Source: Eledone cirrhosa (taxonomy: Eukaryota). Taken from it: a stretch of DNA of 64,000 nucleotides. Positions 40,501 to 54,300 of the stretch are shown in pieces. Under the pieces are notes generated by a model. It searched no databases. It had not been told where the DNA came from and saw nothing but the letters and a program-made list of their open reading frames with translations. The DNA lies in assembly GCA_964016885.1 (NCBI GenBank), contig OZ024744.1, positions 26,908,001-26,972,000 of the forward strand, in the 5' to 3' direction. Each line of letters begins with the position of its first letter. Position 1 is the first letter of the stretch. A program made the position numbers and the translations under genes.

Positions 40501-41750
40501 AGTCTCCACTGCTACGGCGAGGCATCTCAGTGCATGTGGTGGTAAGAAGGGAGGTAACCTTAGGGCCAGGGACTCCAGAAGTCTCCACTGTTACGGCTAG
40601 GCATGTCAGTGCATGTGGTGGTAAGAAGGGAGGTAACATTAGGGCCAGGGACACTACAAGACTCCACTGTTACGGCTAGGCATCTCAGTGCAAGTGGTGG
40701 TAAGAAGGGAGGTAACCTTAGGGCCAGGGACACCAGAAGTCTGCACAGTTACGGCTAGGCATCTCAGTGCATGTGGTGGTAAGAAGGAAGTAACCTTAGG
40801 GCCAGGGACACCAGAAGACTCCACTGTTACGGCTAGACATCTCAGTGCATGTGGTGGTAAGAAGGGAGGTAACCTTAGGGTTTGGGACACCAGAAGTCTG
40901 CACTGCTACGGCCAGGCATCTCAGTGCATGTGGTGGTAAGAAGGGAGGTAACCTTAGGGCCAGGGACACCAGACGTCTCCACTGCTACGGCTAGGCATCT
41001 CAGTGCATGTGGTGGTAAGAAGGGAGGTAACCTTAGGGCCAGGGACACCAGAAGTCTCCACTGCTACGGCTAGGCATCTCAGTGCATGTGGTGGTAAGAA
41101 GGGAGGTAACCATAGGGCCAGGGACACCAGAAGTCTCCACTGTTACAGCTAGGCATCTCAGTGCATGTGGTGGTAAGAAGGGAGCTAACATTAGGGCCAG
41201 GGACACCAGAAGACTCCACTGTTACGGCTAGGCATCTCAGTGCATGTGGTGGTAAGAAGGGAGGTAACCTTAGGGCCAAGGACACCAGAAGTTTCCACTG
41301 CTACCGCTAGGCATCTCAGTGCATGTGGTGGTAAGGAGGGAGGTAAACTTAGGGCCAAGGACACCAGAAGTCTCCACTGTTACGGCTAGGCATCTCAGTG
41401 CATGTGGTGGTAAGAAGGGAGGTAACCTTAGGGCCAAGGACACCAGAAGTCCCCACTGCTACGGCTAGGCATCTCAGGGCACGTGGTGGTAAGAAGGGAG
41501 GTAACCTTAGGGCCAGGCACACCAGAAGTCTCCACTGTTACGGCTAGGCATCTCAGTGCATGTGGTGGTAAGAAGGGAGGTAACCTTAGGGCAGGGACAC
41601 CAGAAGTCTCCACTGTTACGGCTAGGCATGTCAGTGCATGTGGTGGTAAGAAGGGAGGTAACCTTAGGGCCAGGGACACCAAAAGTCTCCACTGCTACGG
41701 CTAGGCATCTCAGTGCATGTGGTGGTAAGAAGGGAGGTAACCTTAGGGCC
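37561..41750 (+). repeat. Block recurring three times at 1,657-bp spacing (21 monomers)
   Basis: ORF-track entries at 37568/39225/40882 and 37765/39422/41079 are each spaced 1,657 bp. A 9-monomer run beginning TTAGGGTTTGGG...TCTGCACTG is shared by all three. Confidence 0.82.
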
Positions 41751-44700
41751 AGGGACACCAGAAGACTCCACTGTTACGGCTAGGCATCTCAGTGCATGTT
41801 GTGGTACGAAGGGAGGTAACCTTAGGGTTTGGGACACCAGAAGTCTTCACTGCTACGGCCAGGCATCTCAGTGCATGTGGTGGTAAGAAGGGAGGTAACC
41901 TTAGGGCCAGGGACACCAGAAGACTCCACTGTTACGGCTAGGCATCTCAGTGCATGTGGTGGTCAGAATGGAGGTAACCTTAGGGCCAGGGACACCAGAA
42001 GTCTCCACTGTTACGGCTAGGCATGTCAGTGCATGTGGTGGTAAAAAAGGAGGTAACCTTAGGGCCAGGGACACCAGAAGTCTCCACTGCTACGGCTAGG
42101 CATCTCAGTGCATGTGGTCGTAAGAAAGGAGGTAACCTTAGGGCCAGGGACACCAGAAGTCTCCACTGCTACGGCTAGGCATCTCAGTGCATGTGGTGGT
42201 AAGAAGGAAGTAACCTTAGGGCCAAGGACACCAGAAGTGTTCACTGTTACGGCTAGGCATATCAGTGCATGTGGTGGTAAGAAGGGAGGTAACCTTAGGG
42301 CCAGGGACACCAGAAGTCTCCACTGCTACGGCTAGGCATCTCAGTGCATGTGGTGGTAAGAAGGAAGTAACCTTAAGGCCAAGGACACCAGAAGTCTCCA
42401 CTGTTACGGCCAGGCATCTCAGTGCATGTGGTGGTAAGAAGGGGGTAACCTCAGGGCCAAGGACACCAGAAGTCTCCACTGTTACGGCTAGGCATCTCAG
42501 TGCATGTGGTGGTAAGAAGGGAGGTAACCTTAGGGCCAAGGACACCAGAAGACTCCACCGTTACGGCTAGGCATCTCGGTGCATGTGGTGGTAAGAAGGG
42601 AGGTAACCTTAGGGCCAAGGACACCAGAAGTTTCCACTGCTACCGCTAGGCATCTCAGTGCATGTGGTGGTAAGCAGGGAGGTAACCTTAGGGCCAGGGA
42701 CACCAGAAGACTCCACTGTTACGGCTAGGCATCTCAGTGCATGTGGTGGTAAGAAGGGAGGTAACCATATGGCCATGGACACCAGAAGTCTCCACTGCTA
42801 CGGCTAGGCATCTCAGTGCATGTGGTGGTAAGAAAGGAGGTAAACTTAGGGCCAAGGACACCAGAAGCCTCCACTGTTACGACTAGGCATGTCAGTGCAT
42901 GTGGTGGTAAGAAAGCAGGTAACCTTAGGGCCAGGGACACCAGAAGTCTCCACTGCTAAGGCTAGGCATCTCAGTGCATGTGGTGGTAAGAAGGGAGGTA
43001 ACCTTAGGGCCAGGGACTCCAGAAGTCTCCACTGTTACGGCTAGGCATGTCAGTGCATGTGGTGGTAAGAAGGGAGCTAACCTTAGGGCCAGGGACAGCA
43101 GAAGTCTCCACTGCTACGGCTAGGCATCTCAGTGCATGTGGTGGTAAGAAGGGAGGTAACCTTAGGGCCAAGGACACCAGAAGTCTCCACTGTTACGTCT
43201 AGGCATCTCAGTGCATGTGGTGGTAAGAAGGGAGGTAACCTTAGGGCCAGGCACACCAGAAGTCGTCACTGTTACGGCTAGGCATCTCAGTGCATGTGGT
43301 GGTAAGAAGGGAGGTAACCTTAGGGCCAGAGACACCAGAAGTCTCGACTGCTAAGGCTAGGCATCTCAGTGCATGTGGTGGTAAGAAGGGAAGTAACCTT
43401 AGGGCCAGGGACACCAGAAGTCTCCACAGTTACGGCTAGGCATGTCAGTGCATGTGGTGGTAAGATGGGAGGTAACCTTAGGGCCAGGGACACCAGAAGT
43501 CTCCACTGTTACGGCTAGGCATCTCGGTGCATGTGGTGGTAAGAAGGGAGGTAACCTTAGGGCCAGGGACACCAGAAGTCTCCACTGTTACGGCTAGGCA
43601 TCTCAGTGCATGTGGTGGTAAGAAGGAAGTAACCTTAGGGCCAGGGACACCAGAAGACTCCACTGTTACGGCTAGGCATCTCAGTGCATGTGGTGGTAAG
43701 AAGGGAGGTAACCTTAGGGTTTGGGACACCAGAAGTCTCCACTGCTACGGCCAGACATCTCAGTGCATGTGGTGGTAAGAAGGGAGGTAACCTTAGGGCC
43801 AGGGACAACAGACGTCTCCATTGCTACGGCTAGGCATCTCAGTGCATGTGGTGGTAAGAAGGGAGGTAAACTTAGGGCCAGGGACACCAGAAGACTTCAC
43901 TGTTACGGCTAGGCATCTCAGTGCATGTGGTGGTAAGGAGGGAGGTAACCTTAGGGCCAAAGACAGCAGAAGTCTCCACTGCTTCGGCGAGGCATCTCAG
44001 TGCATGTGGTGGTAAGAATGGAGGTAACCTTAGGGCCAAGGACACTAGAAGCCTCCACTGTTAGGACTAGGCATGTCAGTGCATGTGGTGGTAAGAAAGC
44101 AGGTAACCTTAGGGCCAGGGACACCAGAAGTCTCCACTGCTACGGCGAGGCATCTCAGTGCATGTGGTGGTAAGAAGGGAGGTAACCTTAGGGCCACGGA
44201 CAGCAGAAGTCTCCACTGCTACGGCGAGGCATCTCAGTGCATGTGGTGGTAAGAAAGGAGGTAAACTTAGGGCCAAGGACACCAGAAGCCTCCACTGTTA
44301 CGACTAGGCATGTCAGTGCATGTGGTGGTAAGAAAGCAGGTAACCTTAGGGCCAGGGACACGAGAAGTCTCCACTGCTACGGCGAGGCATCTCACTGCAT
44401 GTGGTGGTAAGAAGGGAGGTAACCTTAGGGCCAGGGACTCCAGAAGTCTCCACTGTTACGGCTAGGCATGTCAGTGCATGTGGTGGTAAGAAGGGAGGTA
44501 ACATTAGGGCCAGGGACACCAGAAGACTCCACTGTTACGGCTAGGCATCTCAGTGCAAGTGGTGGTAAGAAGGGAGGTAACCTTAGGGCCAGGGACACCA
44601 GAAGTCTCCACTGTTACGGCTAGGCGTCTCAGTGCATGTGGTGGTAAGAAGGAAGTAACCTTAGGGCCAGGGACACCAGAAGACTCCAATGTTACGGCTA

Positions 44701-47700
44701 GACATCTCAGTGCATGTGGTGGTAAGAAGGGAGGTAACCTTAGGGTTTGGGACACCAGAAGTCTCCACTGCTACGGCCAGGCATCTCAGTGCATGTGGTG
44801 GTAAGAAGGGAGGTAACCTTAGGGCCAGGGACACCAGACGTCTCCACTGCTACGGCTAGGCATCTCAGTGCATGTGGTGGTAAGAAGGGAGGTAACCTTA
44901 GGGCCAGGGACACCAGAAGTCTCCACTGCTACGGCTAGGCATCTCAGTGCATGTGGTGGTAAGAAGGGAGGTAACCTTAGGGCCAGGGACACCAGAAGTC
45001 TCCACTGTTACGGCTAGGCATCTCAGTGCATGTGGTGGTAAGAAGGGAGGTAACATTAGGGCCAGGGACACCAGAAGACTCCACTGTTACGGCTAGGCAT
45101 CTCAGTGCATGTGGTGGTTAGAAGGGAGGTAACCTTAGGGCCAGGGACACCAGAAGTCTCCACTGTTACGGCCAGGTATCTCAGTGCATGTGGTGGTAAG
45201 AAGGGGGTAACCTTAGGGCCAAGGACACCAGAAGTCTCCACTGTTACGGCTAGGCATCTCAGTGCATGTGGTGGTAAGAAGGGAGGTAACCTTAGGGCCA
45301 AGGACACCAGAAGTTTCCACTGCTACCGCTAGGCATCTCAGTGCATGTGGTGGTAAGGAGGGAGGTAAACTTAGGGCCAAGGACACCAGAAGTCTCCACT
45401 GTTACGGCTAGGCATCTCAGTGCATGTGGTGGTAAGAAGGGAGGTAACCTTAGGGCCAAGGACACCAGAAGTCCCCACTGCTACGGCTAGGCATCTCAGG
45501 GCACGTGGTGGTAAGAAGGGAGGTAACCTTAGGGTCAGGCACACCAGAAGTCTCCAGTGTTACGGCTAGGCATCTCAGTGCATGTGGTGGTAAGAGGGAG
45601 GTAACCTTAGGGCAGGGACACCAGAAGTCTCCACTGTTACGGCTAGGCATGTCAGTGCATGTGGTGGTATGAAGGGAGGTAACCTTAGGGCCAGGGACAC
45701 CAAAAGTCTCCACTGCTACGTCTAGGCATCTCAGTGCATGTGGTGGTAAGAAGGGAGGTAACCTTAGGGCCAGCGACACCAGAAGACTCCACTGTTACGG
45801 CTAGGCATCTCAGTGCATGTGGTGGTACGAAGGGAGGTAACCTTAGGGTTTGGGACACCAGAAGTCTTCACTGATACGGCCAGGCATCTCAGTGCATGTG
45901 GTGGTCAGAATGGAGGTAACCTTAGGGCCAGGGACACCAGAAGTCTCCACTGTTACGGCTAGGCATGTCAGTGCATGTGGTGGTAAAAAAGGAGGTAACC
46001 TTAGGGCCAGGGACACCAGAAGTCTCCACTGCTACGGCTAGGCATCTCAGTGCATGTGGTGGTAAGAAGGAAGTAACCTTAGGGCCAAGGACACCAGAAG
46101 TCTTCACTGTTACGGCTAGGCATATCAGTGCATGTGGTGGTAAGAAGGGAGGTAACCTTAGGGCCAGGGACACCAGAAGTCTCCACTGCTACGGCTAGGC
46201 ATCTCAGTGCATGTGGTGGTAAGAAGGAAGTAACCTTAAGGCCAAGGACACCAGAAGTCTCCACTGTTACGGCTAGGCATCTCAGTGCATGTGGTGGTAA
46301 TAAGGGGGGTAACCTTAGGTCCAGGAACACCAGAAGTCTCCACTGTTACGGCTAGGCATCTCAGTGCATGTGGTGGTAAGAAGGGAGGTAACCTTAGGGT
46401 TTGGGACACCAGAAGTCTCCACTGCTACGGCCAGGCATCTCAGTGCATGTGGTGGTAAGAAGGGAGGTAACCTTAGGGCCAGGGACACCAGACGTATCCA
46501 CTGCTACGGCTAGGCATCTCAGTGCATGTGGTGGTAAGAAGGGAGGTCACCTTAGGGCCAGGGACACCAGAAGACTTCACTGTTACGGCTAGGCATCTCA
46601 GTGCATGTGGTGGTAAGAAGGGAGGTATCCTTAGGGCCAAGGACACCAGAAGCCTCCACTGTTAGGACTAGGCATGTCAGTGCATGTGGTGGTAAGAAAG
46701 CAGGTAACCTTAGGGCCAGGGACACCAGAAGTCTCCACTGCTACGGCGAGGCATCTCAGTGCATGTGGTGGTAAGAAGGGAGGCAACCTTAGGGCCAGGG
46801 ACACCAGAAGTCTCCACTGCTACGGCGAGGCATCTCAGTGCATGTGGTGGTAAGAAGGGAGGTTACCTGAGGGCCAGGGACTCCAGAAGTCTCCACTGTT
46901 ACGGCTAGGCATGTCAGTGCATGTGGTGGTAAGAAGGGAGGTAACATTAGGGGCAGGGACAACAAAATTCTCCACTGTTACGGCTAGGCATCTCAGTGCA
47001 TGTGGTGGTAAGAAGGAAGTAACCTTAGGGCCAGGGACACCAGAAGACTCCAGTGTTACGGCTAGACATCTCAGTGCATGTGGTGGTAAGAAGGGAGGTA
47101 ACCTTAGGGCCAGGGACACCAGAAGTCTCCACTGTTACGGCTAGGCATCTCAGTGCAAGTGGTGGTAAGAAGGGAGGTAACCTTAGGGTTTGGGACACCA
47201 GAAGTCTCCACTGCTACGGCCAGGCATCTCAGTGCATGTGGTGGTAAGAAGGGAGGTAACCTTAGGGCCAGGGACACCAGAAGTCTCCACTGTTACGGCT
47301 AGGCATCTCAGTGCATGTGGTGGTAAGAAGGGAGGTAACATTAGGGCCAGGGACACCAGAAGACTCCACTGTTACGGCTAGGCATCTCAGTGCATGTGGT
47401 GGTAAGAAGGGAGGTAACCTTAGGGCCAGGGACACCAGAAGTCTCCACTGTTACGGCCAGGCATCTCAGTGCATGTGGTGGTAAGAAGGGGGTAACCTTA
47501 GGGCCAAGGACACCAGAAGTCTCCACTGTTACGGCTAGGCATCTCAGTGCATGTGGTGGTAAGAAGGGAGGTAACCTTAGGGCCAGGGACACCAGAAGTC
47601 CCCACTGTTACGGCTAGGCATCTCAGTGCATGTGGTGGTAAGAAAGGAGGTAACCTTAAGGACAAGGACACCAGAAGTCTCCACTGTTACGGCTAGGCAT

Positions 47701-48049
47701 CTCAGTGCACGTGAATGTAAGAAGGGAGGTAACCTTAGGGCCAAGGACACCAGAAGTCCCCACTGCTACGGCTAGGCATCTCAGGGCATGTGGTGGTAAG
47801 AAGGGAGGTAACCTTAGGGCCAGGCACACCAGAAGTCTCCACTGTTACGGCTAGGCATCTCAGTGCATGTGGTGGTAAGAAGGGAGGTAACCTTAGGGCA
47901 GGGACACCAGAAGTCTCCACTGTTACGGCTAGGCATGTCAGTACATGTGGTGGTAAGAAGGGAGGTAACCTTAGGGCCAGGGACACCAAAAGTCTCCACT
48001 GCTACGGCTAGGCATCTCAGTGCATGTGGTGGTAAGAAGGGAGGTAACC

Positions 48050-49625
48050 TTAGGGCCAGGGACACCAGAAGACTCCACTGTTACGGCTAGGCATCTCAGT
48101 GCATGTGGTGGTAAGAATGGAGGTAACCTTAGGGCCAGGGACACCAGAAGTCTCCACTGTTACGGCTTGGCATGTCAGTGCATGTGGTGGTAAAAAAGGA
48201 GGTAACCTTAGGGCCAGGGACACCAGTAGTCTCCACTGCTACGGCTAGGCATCTCAGTGCATGTGGTCGTAAGAAAGGAGGTAACCTTAGGGCCAGGGAC
48301 ACCAGAAGTCTCCACTGCTACGGCTAGGCATCTCAGTGCATGTGGTGGTAAGAAAGAAGTAACCTTAGGGCCTTGGAAACCAGAAGTCTTCACTGTTACG
48401 GCTAGGCATCTCAGTACATGTGGTGGTAAGAAGGAAGTAACCTTAAGGCCAAGGACACCAGAAGTCTCCACTGTTACGGCTAGGCATCTCAGTGCATGTG
48501 GTGGTAATAAGGGAGGTAACCTTAGGTCCAGGAACACCAGAAGTCTCCACTGTTACGGCTAGGCATCTCAGTGCATGTGGTGGTAAGAAGGGAGGTAACC
48601 TTAGGGTTTGTGACACCAGAAGTCTCCACTGCTACGGCCAGGCATCTCAGTGCATGTGGTGGTAAGAAGGGAGGTAACCTTAGGGCCAGGGACACCAGAC
48701 GTCTCCACCGCTACGGCTAGGCATCTCAGTGCATGTGGTGGTAAGAAGGGAGGTAACCTTAGGGCCAGGGACACCAGAAGACTTCACTGTTACGGCTAGG
48801 CATCTCAGTGCATGTGGTGGTAAGAAGGGAGGTAACCTTAGGGCCAGGGACACCAGAAGACTCCACTGTTACGGCTAGGCATCTCAGGGCATGTGGTGGT
48901 AAGAATGGAGGTAACCTTAGGGCCAGGGACACCAGGAGTCTCCACTGTTACGGCTTGGCATGTCAGTGCATGTGGTGGTAAAAAAGGAGGTAACCTTAGG
49001 GCCAGGGACACCAGAAGTCTCCACTGCTACGGCTAGGCATCTCAGTGCATGTGGTCGTAAGAAAGGAGGTAACCTTAGGGCCAGGGACACCAGAAGTCTC
49101 CACTGCTACGGCTAGGCATCTCAGTGCATGGGGTGGTAAGAAAGAAGTAACCTTAGGGCCTTGGAAACCAGAAGTCTTCACTGTTATGGCTAGGCATCTC
49201 AGTGCATATGGTGGTAAGAAGGAAGTAACCTTAAGGCCAAGGACACCAGAAGTCTCCACTGTTACGGCTAGGCATCTCAGTGCATGTGGTGGTAATAAGG
49301 GAGGTAACCTTAGGTCCAGGAACACCAGAAGTCTCCACTGTTACGGCTAGGCATCTCAGTGCATGTGGTGGTAAGAAGGGAGGTAACCTTAGGGTTTGGG
49401 ACACCAGAAGTCTCCACTGCTACGGCCAGGCATCTCAGTGCATGTGGTGGTAAGAAGGGAGGTAACCTTAGGGCCAGGGACACCAGACGTCTCCACCGCT
49501 ACGGCTAGGCATCTCAGTGCATGTGGTGGTAAGAAGGGAGGTAACCTTAGGGCCAGGGACACCAGAAGACTTCACTGTTACGGCTAGGCATCTCAGTGCA
49601 TGTGGTGGTAAGAAGGGGGGTAACC
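48050..49625 (+). repeat. Tandem 10-monomer (788-bp) duplication marked by CCTTGGAAACC; recopied near 53.7-55.1 kb and 57.4-59.0 kb
   Basis: CCTTGGAAACC occurs at 48371 and 49159. ORF pairs 48208/48996, 53813/54601 and 57596/58384 all differ by 788. Confidence 0.87.
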
Positions 49626-51342
49626 TTAGGGCCAAGGACAGCAGAAGTCTCCACTGCTACGGCGAGGCATCTCAGTGCATGTGGTGGTAAGAAAGGAGGT
49701 AACCTTAGGGCCAGGGACACCAGAAGCCTCCACTGTTACGACTAGGCATGTCAGTGCATGTGGTGCATGTGGTGGTAAGAAAGCAGGTAACCTTAGGGCC
49801 AGGGACACCAGAAGTCTCCACTGCTACGGCGAGGCATCTCAGTGCATGTGGTGGTAAGAAGGGAGGTAACCTTAGGGCCAGGGACTCCAGAAGTCTCCAC
49901 TGTTACGGCTAGGCATGTCAGTGCATGTGGTGGTAAGAAGGGAGGTAACCTTAGGGCCAGGGACTCCAGAAGTCTCCACTGTTACGACTAGGCATCTCAG
50001 TGCATGTGGTGGTAAGAAGGGAGGTAACCTTAGGGCCAGGGACACCAGAAGTCTCCACTGTTACGGCTAGGCATCTCAGTGCATGTGGTGGTAAGAAGGA
50101 AGTAACCTTAGGGCCAGGGACACCAGACGTCTCCACTGCTACGGCTAGGCATCTCAGTGCATGTGGTGGTAAGAAGGGAGGTAACCTTAGGGCCAGGGAC
50201 ACCAGAAGACTTCACTGTTACGGCTAGGCATCTCAGTGCATGTGGTGGTAAGAAGGGAGGTAACCTTAGGGCCAAGGACAGCAGAAGTCTCCACTGCTAC
50301 GGCGAGGCATCTCAGTGCATGTGGTGGTAAGAAAGGAGGTAACCTTAGGGCCAGGGACTCCAGAAGTCTCCACTGTTACGGCTAGGCATGTCAGTGCATG
50401 TGGTGGTAAGAAAGGAGGTAACCTTAGGGCCAGGGACACCAGAAGTCTCCACTGCTACGGCTAGGCATCTCAGTGCATGTGGTGGTAAGAAGGGAGGTAA
50501 CCTTGGGGCCAGGGACACCAGAAGTCTCCACTGTTACGGCTAGGCATCTCAGTGCATGTGGTGGTAAGAAGGGAGGTAACATTAGGGCCAGGGACACCAG
50601 AAGACTCCACTGTTACGGCTAGGCATCTCAGTGCATGTGGTGGTAAGAAGGGAGGTAACCTTAGGGCCAGGGACACCAGAAGTCTCCACTGTTACGGCTA
50701 GGCATGTCTGTGCATGTGGAGGTAAGAACGGGGGTAACCTTAGGGCAAGGACACCAGAAGTCTCCACTGCTACGGCTAGGCATCTCAGTGCATGTGGTGG
50801 TAATAAGGGAGGTAACCTTAGGTCCAGGAACACCAGAAGTCTCTACTGTTAAGGCTAGGCATCTCAGTGCATGTGGATGTAAGAAGGGAGGTAACCTTAG
50901 GGCCAAGGACACCAGAAGTCTCCACTTTTACGGCTAGGCATGTCAGTGCATGTGGTGGTAAGAAGGGGGTAACCTTAGGGCCAAGGACACCAGAAGTCTC
51001 CACTGTTACGGCTAGGCATCTCAGTGCATGTGGTGGTGAGAAGGGAGGTAAACTTAGGGCCAGGGACACCAGAAGACTCCACTGTTACGACTAGGCATCT
51101 CAGTGCATGTGGTGGTAAGAAAGGAGGTAACCTTAGGGCCAGGGACACCAGAAGTCTCCACTGTTACGGCTAGGCATCTCAGTGCATGTGGTGGTAAGAA
51201 GGAAGTAACCTTAGGGCCAGGGACACCAGACGTCTCCACTGCTACGGCTAGGCATCTCAGTGCATGTGGTGGTAAGAAGGGAGGTAACCTTAGGGCCAGG
51301 GACACCAGAAGACTTCACTGTTACGGCTAGGCATCTCAGTGT

Positions 51343-54300
51343 ATGTGGTGGTAAGAAGGGAGGTAACCTTAGGGCCAAGGACAGCAGAAGTCTCCACTGC
51401 TACGGCGAGGCATCTCAGTGCATGTGGTGGTAAGAAAGGAGGTAACCTTAGGGCCAGGGACTCCAGAAGTCTCCACTGTTACGGCTAGGCATGTCAGTGC
51501 ATGTGGTGGTAAGAAAGGAGGTAACCTTAGGGCCAGGGACACCAGAAGTCTCCACTGCTACGGCTAGGCATCTCAGTGCATGTGGTGGTAAGAAGGGAGG
51601 TAACCTTAGGGCCAGGGACACCAGAAGTCTCCACTGTTACGGCTAGGCATGTCAGTGCATGTGGAGGTAAGAACGGGGGTAACCTTAGGGCAAGGACACC
51701 AGAAGTCTCCACTGCTACGGCTAGGCATCTCAGTGCATGTGGTGGTAATAGGGAGGTAACCTTAGGTCCAGGAACACCAGAAGTCTCTACTGTTAAGGCT
51801 AGGCATCTCAGTGCATGTGGATGTAAGAAGGGAGGTAACCTTAGGGCCAAGGACACCAGAAGTCTCCACTTTTACGGCTAGGCATGTCAGTGCATGTGGT
51901 GGTAAGAAGGAAGTAACCTTAGGGCCAGGGACACCAGAAGTCTCCACTGCTACGGCTAGGCATTCTCAGTGCATGTGGTGGTAAGAAGGGAGATAACCTT
52001 AGGGCCAGGGACACCAGAAGTCTCCACTGTTACGGCCAGGCATCTCAGTGCATGTGGTGGTAAGAAGGGGGTAACCTTAGGGCCAAGGACACCAGAAGTC
52101 TCCACTGTTACGGCTAGGCATCTCAGTGCATGTGGTGGTGAGAAGGGAGGTAAACTTAGGGCCAAGGACACCAGAAGACTCCAGTGTTACGGCTAGGCAT
52201 CTCAGTGCATGTGGTGGTAAGAAGGGAGGTAACCTTAGGGCCAAGGACACCAGAAGTTTCCACTGCTACCGCTAGGCATCTCAGTGCATGTGGTGGTAAG
52301 GAGGGAGGTAACCTTAGGGCCAGGGACACCAGAAGACTCCACTGTTACGGCTAGGCATCTCAGTGCATGTGGTGGTAAGAAGGGAGGTAATCATATGGCC
52401 AAGGCCACCAGAAGTCACCACTGCTACGGCTAGGCATCTCAGTGCATGTGGTGGTAAGAAGGGAGGTAACCTTAGGGCCAGGGACACCAGAAGTCCCCAC
52501 TGTTACGGCTAGGCATCTCAGTGCATGTGGTGGTAAGAAAGGAGGTAACCTTAGTGCCAAGGACACCAGAAGTCTCCACTGTTACGCCTAGGCATCTCAG
52601 TGCATGTGGTGGTAAGAAGGGAGGTAACCTTAGGGCCAAGGACACCAGAAGTCCCCACTGCTACGGCTAGGCATCTCAGGGCATGTGGTGGTAAGAAGGG
52701 AGGTAATCTTAGGGCCAGGGACACCAGAAGTCTCCACTGTTACGGCTAGGCATCTCAGTGCATGTGGTGGTAAGAAGGGAGGTAACCTTAGGGCCAAGGA
52801 CAGCAGAAGTCTCCACTGCTACGGCGAGGCATCTCAGTGCATGTGGTGGTAAGAAAGGAGGTAACCTTAGGGCCAGGGACTCCAGAAGTCTCCACTGTTA
52901 CGGCTAGGCATGTCAGTGCATGTGGTGGTAAGAAAGGAGGTAACCTTAGGGCCAGGGACACCAGAAGTCTCCACTGCTACGGCTAGGCATCTCAGTGCAT
53001 GTGGTGGTAAGAAGGGAGGTAACCTTAGGGCCAGGGACACCAGAAGTCTCCACTGTTACGGCTAGGCATCTCAGTGCATGTGGTGGTAAGAAGGGAGGTA
53101 ACATTAGGGCCAGGGACACCAGAAGACTCCACTGTTACGGCTAGGCATCTCAGTGCATGTGGTGGTAAGAAGGGAGGTAACCTTACGGCCAGGGACACCA
53201 GAAGTCTCCACTGTTACGGCTAGGCATGTCAGTGCATGTGGAGGTAAGAACGGGGGTAACCTTAGGGCAAGGACACCAGAAGTCTCCACTGTTACGGCTA
53301 GGCATCTCAGTGCACGTGAATGTAAGAAGGGAGGTAACCTTAGGGCCAAGGACACCAGAAGTCCCCACTGCTACGGCTAGGCATCTCAGGGCATGTGGTG
53401 GTAAGAAGGGAGGTAACCTTAGGGCCAGGCACACCAGAAGTCTCCACTGTTACGGCTAGGCATCTCAGTGCATGTGGTGGTAAGAAGGGAGGTAACCTTA
53501 GGGCAGGGACACCAGAAGTCTCCACTGTTACGGCTAGGCATGTCAGTACATGTGGTGGTAAGAAGGGAGGTAACCTTAGGGCCAGGGACACCAAAAGTCT
53601 CCACTGCTACGGCTAGGCATCTCAGTGCATGTGGTGGTAAGAAGGGAGGTAACCTTAGGGCCAGGGACACCAGAAGACTCCACTGTTACGGCTAGGCATC
53701 TCAGTGCATGTGGTGGTAAGAATGGAGGTAACCTTAGGGCCAGGGACACCAGAAGTCTCCACTGTTACGGCTTGGCATGTCAGTGCATGTGGTGGTAAAA
53801 AAGGAGGTAACCTTAGGGCCAGGGACACCAGAAGTCTCCACTGCTACGGCTAGGCATCTCAGTGCATGTGGTCGTAAGAAAGGAGGTAACCTTAGGGCCA
53901 GGGACACCAGAAGTCTCCACTGCTACGGCTAGGCATCTCAGTGCATGTGGTGGTAAGAAAGAAGTAACCTTAGGGCCTTGGAAACCAGAAGTCTTCACTG
54001 TTACGGCTAGGCATCTCAGTACATGTGGTGGTAAGAAGGAAGTAACCTTAAGGCCAAGGACACCAGAAGTCTCCACTGTTACGGCTAGGCATCTCAGTGC
54101 ATGTGGTGGTAATAAGGGAGGTAACCTTAGGTCCAGGAACACCAGAAGTCTCCACTGTTACGGCTAGGCATCTCAGTGCATGTGGTGGTAAGAAGGGAGG
54201 TAACCTTAGGGTTTGTGACACCAGAAGTCTCCACTGCTACGGCCAGGCATCTCAGTGCATGTGGTGGTAAGAAGGGAGGTAACCTTAGGGCCAGGGACAC

